Shown: piece after piece, positions 54,713 to 62,026 of the stretch | Numbering within the stretch: position 1 is the stretch's first letter | How the letters are laid out: every line of letters starts with the position of its first letter | Origin: Chloroflexota bacterium | Lineage (GTDB): Bacteria > Chloroflexota > Dormibacteria > Dormibacterales > Dormibacteraceae | DNA length: 64,000 nt | Assembly (NCBI GenBank): GCA_005888075.1 | Contig: VBKD01000174.1 | Location: forward strand, 2,057-66,056 | Direction of reading: 5' to 3' | Notes under the pieces: model-generated | The model's input: the letters and a program-made list of their open reading frames with translations, nothing else | What the model was told of the DNA's origin: nothing | The model's database searches: none | Program-made: the position numbers and the translations under genes

Positions 54713-55585
54713 TCAGGCGGTGGCGAGTTCTCGGCCAGGTCGCAGAACCTGCAGCAATGAGTGAACGGCCACGTGGGGGCTGGTGCTGTTCCGCTCGAGC
54801 CAGTGCTGTGTCACGGCGAGGTACGCGTCGACCCGGGTCGATTTCCGGCGCATCCGCTCGATCAGGCCGTGGCGGCTGACGAGGTGCTCCACCGGGGTGA
54901 ATACGTTGTCGTACCAGCTTGCCGCCGCCGCGTCGAGACTGACATCACGATGCTGTTCGAGGCTCAGAAAGTATTTGTGGCCCACGATGTGGGAATAGAG
55001 CTCGTCGTAGCGGCCGAGACCGGCCATCGCCTTCCTGGACTCCGGCCGGACACTGTCGAGGCCGCTGCGCTCGAGGAACAGGGCGTACTCCGCCGTCCTG
55101 GCGAGGGCCGAGCGGCTGAGGTCACGCCCGAGAGGCGCCCGCGTCCTGACCTCGATCACCCTGGCTTCGATCCGGTCCCTGTCGAGCGCGCGTGCGATCG
55201 ACACGCGGTGGTGGCCGTCGCTCACGAAGTAACGGTCCTCGAGCTGGTACACCTCGATCGGAGGCACGTCGCCGGCGCCCGTGGCCATGAAGGCGAAAAG
55301 CCGCGACCAGCGCTCGCGCTGGCGCCGGTGCAGGGGCAGAAACGCCGAGTCGAAGTCGCCGCGCTTGGCGGGCGACGCGGTGCCGACGATCTTGTCGAGC
55401 AGGATCTCCTGCACGCCGCGCGACGCCTTGGCTTGGAACCGCGCCGCCCGCATAACCCGGTCGACGGACGGCAGGCGCAGCGAGCGATAGCGGCCGGGGA
55501 CCCGGAAGACCATGCGCCAGAACGCACGCCGCCGCGCGGCGTCGAACTCCTCGCGAGCTTCTAGATGGTCCAGGCCGGAAAGCAC
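54713..55585 (-). CDS. ParB/sulfiredoxin-like N-terminal domain protein with a helical C-terminal domain (DUF4032-like, from memory)
   Basis: 290-aa ORF. VPPIEVYQLEDRYFVSDGHHRVSIARAL is the ParB/Srx DGHHR core. Confidence 0.65.
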   Translation of the reverse strand: MLSGLDHLEAREEFDAARRRAFWRMVFRVPGRYRSLRLPSVDRVMRAARFQAKASRGVQEILLDKIVGTASPAKRGDFDSAFLPLHRRQRERWSRLFAFMATGAGDVPPIEVYQLEDRYFVSDGHHRVSIARALDRDRIEARVIEVRTRAPLGRDLSRSALARTAEYALFLERSGLDSVRPESRKAMAGLGRYDELYSHIVGHKYFLSLEQHRDVSLDAAAASWYDNVFTPVEHLVSRHGLIERMRRKSTRVDAYLAVTQHWLERNSTSPHVAVHSLLQVLRPGRELATA

Positions 55586-55718
55586 CCATGAAGCCTACCC
55601 ATCCTCCCGCAAAAAGCATCGTTCGATTTGCACGGTACCGTCCGTACGGGAGGCGTTCTCGTTCAAGTGCCTTGATTGCGCCTACGATGGCCTTGAACAA
55701 AAACCTCTAGGAGTTGCC

Positions 55719-56045
55719 ATGCAAGAACGAGGAACATCGACGGGTTTCCTTCGGCGCCTCCGGGATCCGGGCTACCGGCTAAATGGGGAGAACCCAGCCA
55801 CCACGAGCCTCGAGCATGCCCGGCGCTGGGCGACCAACTACGACAAGCTCCTGGAATTCAAACGCGAGCTGATGACGCTGATCAGGCGTCGGGCCGAGGC
55901 CTCTGACCCCGACGTGGCTCGCGCGATCATGGACACCGACATCCTGCTGCTCGAGACGCAGATCTCGCGCTTCCAGCAGAGAAGGGATTACTGGCACATT
56001 CGTTCGGCCGAGCTTGCGGGCGGGCGAGGTGGCGGCGCCAACTGA
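55719..56045 (+). CDS. Hypothetical helical protein (copy P1 of the local ~60-aa domain)
   Basis: The ATG at 55719 lies behind TAGGAG, giving 108 aa. GENPATTSLEHARRWATNYDKLLEFKREL...RRDYWHIRSAELAGG aligns without gaps to the N-terminus of 58936..59469. It overlaps the cheB start. Confidence 0.55.
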   Translation: MQERGTSTGFLRRLRDPGYRLNGENPATTSLEHARRWATNYDKLLEFKRELMTLIRRRAEASDPDVARAIMDTDILLLETQISRFQQRRDYWHIRSAELAGGRGGGAN

Positions 56046-56652
56046 CCACTTATCCCAGCGGTTTCGTCGCCATCCGCCCTTTGAGATAGTGGCGATCGCC
56101 GCGTCGGCGGGCGGCGTCGTGGCTTTGACCAACGTCCTCGGCCACCTGCCGGCTACGTTCGGCGCGATCATGGTGGTCGTGCAGCACCTCGACCCTCGAC
56201 ACCGCAGCCTCATGCCGCAGGTAATCGGCAGGCACTCCAAGCTGCCGGTGGTCCTGGCCATGGATGGCATGGAGCTGGAGCGCGGCCACGTTTATCTCGC
56301 GCCGCCTGACCGCCATCTCCTGGTCAACCGCGACGGTACCGCGAGTCTGACCCAGACTGAGCTCGTGAACTTCGTCAGGCCGTCGGCGGACCTACTCTTC
56401 GAGTCGGTGGCGGCCGCCTACGGCGAGCGCGCGATCGCCGTGGTTCTGACAGGGGCCGGCAAGGACGGCTCGATGGGGGTGACCGCGATCAAAGAGCGGT
56501 CTGGCACGGTGATCGCGCAGGACGAGTCGAGCTCCGAGTTTTTCTCCATGCCCTCGGCCGCGATCAAAAGCGGTGCGGTTGACTTCGTGCTTTCGCTCGA
56601 TGAGATACCAGCCGCGCTGCAGATGCTCCTGGCCGGCGAGGTCCCTGATTGA
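56014..56652 (+). CDS. cheB: CheB-type protein-glutamate methylesterase catalytic domain (no receiver domain)
   Basis: 212-aa ORF with IVAIAASAGGVVAL, VVVQHLDPRHRS and FVRPSADLLFESVA..VVLTGAGKDG. The start is uncertain (TTG at 56014 or GTG at 56029). Confidence 0.8.
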   Translation: MRAGEVAAPTDHLSQRFRRHPPFEIVAIAASAGGVVALTNVLGHLPATFGAIMVVVQHLDPRHRSLMPQVIGRHSKLPVVLAMDGMELERGHVYLAPPDRHLLVNRDGTASLTQTELVNFVRPSADLLFESVAAAYGERAIAVVLTGAGKDGSMGVTAIKERSGTVIAQDESSSEFFSMPSAAIKSGAVDFVLSLDEIPAALQMLLAGEVPD

Positions 56653-58505
56653 TCGCGGCCGACGACAAAGAGTTCGAAACGCTCCTCGAATACCTTCGAG
56701 ATACGCGCGGATTTGACTTCACCGGATACAAGCGGAACAGCCTGGCGAGGCGCGTCAGCCGGCGCTCCGGCGAGCTCGGGCTGGAGAATTTCACCTCCTA
56801 CCTCGACTATCTTCAGGTGCACCCCGAAGAGTTCGGAATCCTGTTCGACAAGATCCTGATCAACGTCACCGACTTTTTCCGGGACAGGCCGGCCTGGGAC
56901 TACGTCGCCGCCAATGTGGTTCCGAAGCTCCTCGCTGGGAAGGGCGACATCAGGATCTGGAGCACCGGGACCGCATCGGGTGAGGAGGCTTACTCGGCGG
57001 CCATCCTTCTCTGTCAGGCGCTGGGCCCCGAGAGTTTCCTCCGGCGAGTCAAGATCTACGCGACCGATATCGACGAAGCGGCTTTGAACAAAGCCCGTGC
57101 CGGCTATTCAGCCAAAGAGCTCAAGTCGCTCGACGATGAGACGCGGGCGCGATATTTCGAGCCGCAGGGCGGGCGATTCGCTTTTCGCGCGGCGCTGAGG
57201 CGGGCCGTGATCTTCGGCAAGCATGACCTGATGCAGGACGCGCCGATCTCACGTCTCGATCTCCTGATCTGTCGCAACACGCTCATGTACTTCACGGCTG
57301 AGGCGCAGGGACGAATCCTCGCCAGGTTCCACTATGCGTTGAACGACGAAGGCTATCTGTTCCTCGGACGCGCCGAGATGCTGCTGACGCACACCTCGGT
57401 GTTCGTACCTGTTGACGTCAAACAGCGCATTTTCCACAAGGTGCCGAGGCCGCCGATCCGCGAACGGAGGCTTCTGCTGAATCAGTCAGGCAAAAAGGAA
57501 GCAGCGGCCCCTGTCGCGCGCGAGGCGCGCCTTGACGATATGGCCGCGGAGCTGGCGCCATACGCCCAGATCGTCGTCGACTCGGCGGGCCGCCTGGTGT
57601 TGGCAAATCAGCAGGCCCGTCGCGCCCTCGGCATCGACGCCAAGGCCGTCGGCCGGCTTCTCAAGGACCTCGAGATGTCGTACAAGCCAGTCGACCTTCG
57701 ATCCCCGTTGGACAAGGTCTACCGCGACCGCAGCACGGTCACCCTGCAGGGTGTGCCCCACCAAGCGGAGGATGAGAGCGTCCAGTACCTCGATGTCGCT
57801 TTTGTCCCGCTCCTCGACGCCGATGGGGTGGTAGCCGGTGTCGGCGTCAGCTTCGTCGATGTGACCCAGGTCATGCAGCTGCGCACTGAGCTGGATAGAT
57901 CGAGGCAGGAGCTGGACACGGCCTACGAAGAGCTGCAGTCGAGCAATGAAGAGTTGGAGACCACCAACGAGGAGCTGCAGTCCACGGTCGAAGAGCTCGA
58001 GACGACCAACGAGGAGCTGCAGTCGAGCAACGAGGAGCTCGAAACAATGAATGAGGAGCTCGAATCCACCAACGTGGAGCTGCAAAGCATCAACCTCGAC
58101 CTGCAGCAGCGAACTGACGAGGTGGATCGGCTGAACACATTCCTACTGGCCATCACGGGCAATATGCCCCTCGGCGCGGTTGTCCTCGATCCCGAGCTGA
58201 ACGTGCGGGTCTGGAATGAAAAGGCCGCGGACTTGTGGGGACTGCGCTCGGATGAGGTCGTCGGCCGATCCTTCCTCGATCTCGGCATCGGACTGCCCGC
58301 CAAAGAAGTCGGGGGCATGATCCGGGGCGTTCTGCTGGCGAAGCAAGGACAGGATGAATCGGTTGTCGAGGCGGTCACGAGACGCGGAACGCCGATTCGC
58401 TGCCGGGTCGCCGCCTACGCCATTTCGGACGGAAGCGGACCCGGCGGCGTCGTCCTTGTGATGGAAGAGCTGGCCGCCGAACCCGAGAGCGCCACGACCT
58501 CTTAG
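56649..58505 (+). CDS. cheR: CheR-type methyltransferase fused to PAS - heptad coiled coil - PAS (no kinase domain)
   Basis: 618-aa ORF with a TTGA overlap to cheB. Motifs FDFTGYKRNSLARRV, IRIWSTGTASGEEAYS and LLICRNTLMYF are CheR. Two PAS-like segments flank nine EEL[QE][ST][ST]N heptads. Confidence 0.85.
   Translation: MIAADDKEFETLLEYLRDTRGFDFTGYKRNSLARRVSRRSGELGLENFTSYLDYLQVHPEEFGILFDKILINVTDFFRDRPAWDYVAANVVPKLLAGKGDIRIWSTGTASGEEAYSAAILLCQALGPESFLRRVKIYATDIDEAALNKARAGYSAKELKSLDDETRARYFEPQGGRFAFRAALRRAVIFGKHDLMQDAPISRLDLLICRNTLMYFTAEAQGRILARFHYALNDEGYLFLGRAEMLLTHTSVFVPVDVKQRIFHKVPRPPIRERRLLLNQSGKKEAAAPVAREARLDDMAAELAPYAQIVVDSAGRLVLANQQARRALGIDAKAVGRLLKDLEMSYKPVDLRSPLDKVYRDRSTVTLQGVPHQAEDESVQYLDVAFVPLLDADGVVAGVGVSFVDVTQVMQLRTELDRSRQELDTAYEELQSSNEELETTNEELQSTVEELETTNEELQSSNEELETMNEELESTNVELQSINLDLQQRTDEVDRLNTFLLAITGNMPLGAVVLDPELNVRVWNEKAADLWGLRSDEVVGRSFLDLGIGLPAKEVGGMIRGVLLAKQGQDESVVEAVTRRGTPIRCRVAAYAISDGSGPGGVVLVMEELAAEPESATTS
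57927..58115 (+). repeat. Nine tandem 21-nt (heptad) coding repeats within cheR-PAS
   Basis: EELQSSN EELETTN EELQSTV EELETTN EELQSSN EELETMN EELESTN VELQSIN LDLQQRT. The repeats are in-frame and coding, not a CRISPR or intergenic array. Confidence 0.85.
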
Positions 58506-58939
58506 GCGCTCGCGCCGGCCATCGACGCGCGCACCTGGTTGCGCCAGCGCTGAATGGCATCCTCAAGAGCCTCCACGTCGGTGGCCACCTCGAGGCGTTC
58601 CGTCGGCGGCAGCTCGGGCGAGGCAGCTCGAAGCTTTGCCACCAGGGCAGTGCCCATCTCGATCAGCCTCGTGTAGGTGATCACCCAGAAGTCGGGCGCC
58701 TCGGGCGAGCCAAACTTGAGCAGCGCGCCGCGATACGCGGCCTGGGCGGTCTCCGTTTGAGCGCGAAACCGCTCCGCCTGTTCCCGCAGGCGCTCGTCGT
58801 GAGCCTGCGGCCGCAGAGGCCCACCGTCAAGGAGGCGGCGCTCCGTGGATGCCAGAAGCAGGCGCTTCGACTGCAGCACCAGGAGTCGCGAAGTAACGAT
58901 CGCCTCCGAGACCGACTCCATCAGTGCCATGGCCATCAT
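58502..58939 (-). CDS. Hypothetical helical protein (C-terminal half is copy P4 of the local domain)
   Basis: This is the 3' part of ORF 58502..59281. The ATG at 58939 overlaps the upstream stop (ATGA), giving 145 aa. GSPEAPDFWVITYTRLIEMG...LEDAIQRWRNQVRASMAG. Confidence 0.5.
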   Translation of the reverse strand: MMAMALMESVSEAIVTSRLLVLQSKRLLLASTERRLLDGGPLRPQAHDERLREQAERFRAQTETAQAAYRGALLKFGSPEAPDFWVITYTRLIEMGTALVAKLRAASPELPPTERLEVATDVEALEDAIQRWRNQVRASMAGASA

Positions 58940-59469
58940 CCTTTCACCGTCGCCGGCAGGCTTGCCGCGTAACCCCGATTCCTCACCACAACGAGCATGA
59001 CCTCGAGTCCGAGTTCGCCCAACCGCCTTCTCAGCCGCATCACGTACGTCCGGACCTGAGCGTCCGACAGCCGTGAGTTCTGCCAGGCGAGCGTGGCCAG
59101 CTGTTTGGTCGTAAAGGGACGCTTTGGGTGCCGGAGCATGAAGTCGAGCAGGTCCGCTTCGCGACGTGTGAGCCGGATCGAATGGCCGGCAAAGCTCAGC
59201 GTGTGATCGTTCCGGTCGAGGACGACGCCCGCGAGCTCGGTATGACGGTCGCGCCAGGTGTCCAGCCGATCCTCGACCCACGCCAGATTCTGGCGAAGCT
59301 CTTCGACTGGGTGCCCGTTGGCTCGAGCCAGCACGGCACGCAGCACCGCCGCGAGCTCCTCGTAGATCGAGATCCAGCTCGCGACCTCGGCGAGCTCTGG
59401 CGTTCCCAGATCCTCGCCGGGCAATTCAACGAATTGGCGGCGAATTGCTGCCATCGCCCTTTTCCCCAC
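58936..59469 (-). CDS. Winged-helix (OmpR/PhoB Trans_reg_C-type) DNA-binding protein with an N-terminal copy (P2) of the local helical domain instead of a receiver
   Basis: 177-aa ORF. N-terminal GEDLGTPELAEVASWISIYEELAAVLRAV...RLDTWRDRHTELAG. C-terminal IRLTRREADLLDFMLRHPKRPFTTKQL...VRTYVMRLRRRLGE...VRNRGY. Confidence 0.7.
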   Translation of the reverse strand: MGKRAMAAIRRQFVELPGEDLGTPELAEVASWISIYEELAAVLRAVLARANGHPVEELRQNLAWVEDRLDTWRDRHTELAGVVLDRNDHTLSFAGHSIRLTRREADLLDFMLRHPKRPFTTKQLATLAWQNSRLSDAQVRTYVMRLRRRLGELGLEVMLVVVRNRGYAASLPATVKG

Positions 59470-59508
59470 CGCTGACTCTACAACGCGGTTTATGGGGATA
59501 TGGGCCCG

Positions 59509-59537
59509 ATTTTGACGATGGCGAGCAAATTTTTGAC
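59509..59537. promoter_or_regulatory. Direct repeats ATTTTGAC / ATTTTTGAC spaced ~20 bp apart in the divergent region
   Basis: ATTTTGAC lies at 59509-59516 and ATTTTTGAC at 59529-59537. Two-helical-turn spacing is typical of OmpR-type wHTH sites. They could also be -35-like TTGAC elements. Confidence 0.35.
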
Positions 59538-59542
59538 CGGGA

Positions 59543-59833
59543 ATGTTACGCAGCGCGGGCTATACCAGTGACGAATTGACTGCGCCAGGAAGGATGCGGG
59601 CGGACCGGGGGCCGGCCACGCGAGGGGCCAAACCGCCAAGGGAGCGGTTGGCCCCTCTGCCCGGGGTCGAGGTTTACGTGCCTCACATCGACTCCCTGGA
59701 CGAGATCTGTGGCTGGCTTGGCACCTTCAGGGAGCGGCTTCATCGAGCCCGCGATGAGGAGCGTCCGCAGGTGGCGGCGGTCATTCAACAGCTGGAGACG
59801 CGCTACCAAAACAGGCGCGCCGAGTTGTCCTGA
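59543..59833 (+). CDS. Hypothetical protein (degenerate copy P3 of the local domain)
   Basis: 96-aa ORF. The conserved part is IDSLDEICGWLGTFRERLHRARDE...LETRYQNRRAELS. The true start may be the GTG near 59679. Confidence 0.4.
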   Translation: MLRSAGYTSDELTAPGRMRADRGPATRGAKPPRERLAPLPGVEVYVPHIDSLDEICGWLGTFRERLHRARDEERPQVAAVIQQLETRYQNRRAELS

Positions 59834-59874
59834 AGGTTCGCCCCCGACTCGGCGCGACGAATGGCAACGCCCGC

Positions 59875-60513
59875 GTGGCCGGCACGCCCGTGCGTGTGTT
59901 GATCGTGGAGAACCATCAGCTTGTCTCCGAGAGTCTCGGCATGTTGCTCGACGCACAGCCCGACCTACATGTCGTCGGCTACGCGGCGTCTGTCAGGGAG
60001 GCGGCCACGCTGCCGCCGGGTGTTTCGCCGGACGTGGTGATCGTCGATTTCCACCTGGACGACGGCTTTGGAGACGAGGCGGCCGCGGCGATCAAGAAAG
60101 TCCATCCTCGCGCCCGCTTCATATTTCTCACCCGCGATGACGGCGACGGGGCGCTGCTCGCCGCTGTGGAGTCCGGTGCAAGCGCCTTCGTCCACAAGTC
60201 CAGGGCCGCTTCGGAGCTGATCGCAACCGTCTACAAGGTTGCCCAGGGGGGCTCATTCATCACACCGCAAGCGATCTCCGGAGTGCTGCGCCGGACGCGC
60301 GACCGTGAAGTCAAGCGCGACAAGCTGTCCCCGCGAGAGCTAGAGGTGCTTCAGCTCATGTCTGAAGGCATGGCCAGCCGCCAGATCGCCAAGCAGCTCG
60401 GCATCAGCTATACGACGGTTCGCACCCACATTCGCTCGATCGATTCCAAGCTTGGCGCACACTCCAAGATCGAATCGGTCGCCACGGCGCACGAATTGGA
60501 GCTCGTGAACTAG
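59875..60513 (+). CDS. NarL/FixJ-family response regulator
   Basis: 212-aa ORF. Receiver: VLIVENH...VVIVDFHLDDGFG...FIFLTRD...FVHKS. LuxR HTH: LSPRELEVLQLMSEGMASRQIAKQLGISYTTVRTHIRSIDSKLG. No adjacent kinase. Confidence 0.85.
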   Translation: MAGTPVRVLIVENHQLVSESLGMLLDAQPDLHVVGYAASVREAATLPPGVSPDVVIVDFHLDDGFGDEAAAAIKKVHPRARFIFLTRDDGDGALLAAVESGASAFVHKSRAASELIATVYKVAQGGSFITPQAISGVLRRTRDREVKRDKLSPRELEVLQLMSEGMASRQIAKQLGISYTTVRTHIRSIDSKLGAHSKIESVATAHELELVN

Positions 60514-60524
60514 AGGCGCGGCAC

Positions 60525-61247
60525 CTAGAGCCCCAGGTAGGCTTTCCTGATCCCCGGGTCGTCTTTCAGGTCGGCCGCCTTGCCGGTCATCGCAATCCGT
60601 CCGGCCTCGAGCACGTATGCCCGCTCCGCCACGTCGAGCGCGACGAGGACGTCCTGCTCGACCAGCATCAGCGCCGTCCCTGCCGTGTTGATCTCCTTCA
60701 TGACGTCGATCAGGCGGTCGACCACCTTCGGCGCGAGGCCCAACGACAGCTCGTCGACCATGAGCAGCTTCGGCCGGGCCATCAACCCGCGACCGATCGC
60801 GACCATCTGCTGCTCTCCGCCCGAGAGCGTTCCCGCCTCGCGTGCGAGCTTGTCCTTGAGCTCGGGGAAGAGATCGAGCATGCGCACCAGGTCCGCTTCG
60901 ACGTCCTGGTCGCGACGGAGGTAGGCGCCGAGCCGCAGATTCTTCGCGACGGAAATCGTCGCGAACAGGCGCCGGCCTTGCGGCACGTGTGCGATGCCCG
61001 CCTGAACGATGGCCTCCGGTCGTGCATTCGTCATGTCGCGGCCGGAGATGGCGACGGCGCCCGAGGTGGCCCTGACCAGACCGCTCAAGGTGCCGAGAAC
61101 CGTTGACTTACCGGCTCCATTGGCACCGACCAGGGCGACCAGCTCGCCCTGGCCGACGTCAATATCGATGCCGAAGAGGACAGGGCCGGCGGCGAACCCG
61201 GCGGTGAGGCCCGTGACCCGAAGCAGCGGCTCGGTCTTGGCGATCAG
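60525..61247 (-). CDS. livF: Branched-chain amino acid ABC transporter ATP-binding protein LivF (no canonical start codon)
   Basis: ORF-track ORF 60525..61088 starts after the Walker A motif. My own translation upstream gives LIAKTEPLLRVTGLTAGFAAGPVLFGIDIDVGQGELVALVGANGAGKSTVLGTLSGL, in frame immediately after the livG TAG. Signature LSGGEQQM and Walker B LLMVDE are present. Confidence 0.7.
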   Translation of the reverse strand: MIAKTEPLLRVTGLTAGFAAGPVLFGIDIDVGQGELVALVGANGAGKSTVLGTLSGLVRATSGAVAISGRDMTNARPEAIVQAGIAHVPQGRRLFATISVAKNLRLGAYLRRDQDVEADLVRMLDLFPELKDKLAREAGTLSGGEQQMVAIGRGLMARPKLLMVDELSLGLAPKVVDRLIDVMKEINTAGTALMLVEQDVLVALDVAERAYVLEAGRIAMTGKAADLKDDPGIRKAYLGL

Positions 61248-62021
61248 CTACTCACCATCCGGCCCGCGGTCCGCGTTCAGCCGTTTCGCATACCGCTCGC
61301 CGAGGTAGGCCTGGATCACGCGCTCGTCACGCAAAACCACACGCGGCTCTCCCTCCGCCAGCACATGCCCGAAGTCCAGGACCACTGCGCGAGTGCAGAC
61401 GCCGACGATCACCCGCATGACGTGCTCGATCAGTACGACGGTCACTCCGGTCGCATGCACCGCGCGAACCATCTCCAGTGCCTCGTCGACCTCGACCGAG
61501 TTCAGTCCCGCCATGACCTCGTCCAGGAGCAAGAGCTTGGGTTGGGTCGCGACCGCCCGGGCAACCTCCAAACGCTTACGGTCGGGGATCGTGAGAGCCG
61601 TCACCAGGCTGCCGGCTTTGGACCGTAGGCCGACGAGGTCGAGCACTCTGTCCGCTTGCTCGAAGCTCTGCTTGACCGACAGGCTCGTCTCAGCGCTCCC
61701 GAAAAGAGCGCCGACCGCGGCGTTCTCGCGCACGGTCATCGACCCGAAGGGCTTGACGATCTGAAACGTGCGGCCGATGCCCAGCTTTGCCACCCGGTGC
61801 GGCCGCATCCCCTGGATTGGCATCCCCTGCCAGCGGATCTCGCCTGCGTCCGGCTTGTAGACGCCGCTGATGCAGTTGAGGAGCGTGGTCTTGCCGGCTC
61901 CGTTGGGACCGATCATGCCGAGGATCTCGCCCCTGGTCACAGAGATGTCGACGCCATTGAGCGCCGCCACGCCGCCGAAGCGTTTGGTCACGCCCTTCAG
62001 CTCGAGAAGTGCCGCCTCCAC
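61248..62021 (-). CDS. livG: Branched-chain amino acid ABC transporter ATP-binding protein LivG
   Basis: 257-aa ORF with GPNGAGKTT, the LivG-type insert, LLLDEVMAGL and VIQAYLGE near the C-terminus. Confidence 0.85.
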   Translation of the reverse strand: MEAALLELKGVTKRFGGVAALNGVDISVTRGEILGMIGPNGAGKTTLLNCISGVYKPDAGEIRWQGMPIQGMRPHRVAKLGIGRTFQIVKPFGSMTVRENAAVGALFGSAETSLSVKQSFEQADRVLDLVGLRSKAGSLVTALTIPDRKRLEVARAVATQPKLLLLDEVMAGLNSVEVDEALEMVRAVHATGVTVVLIEHVMRVIVGVCTRAVVLDFGHVLAEGEPRVVLRDERVIQAYLGERYAKRLNADRGPDGE

Positions 62022-62026
62022 CGAGG

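Noticed and set aside
57927-58115. 21-nt periodic repeat that could be mistaken for a tandem repeat or CRISPR-like array
   Set aside because: It is in frame inside the cheR-PAS CDS, has no spacers, and encodes a heptad coiled coil.
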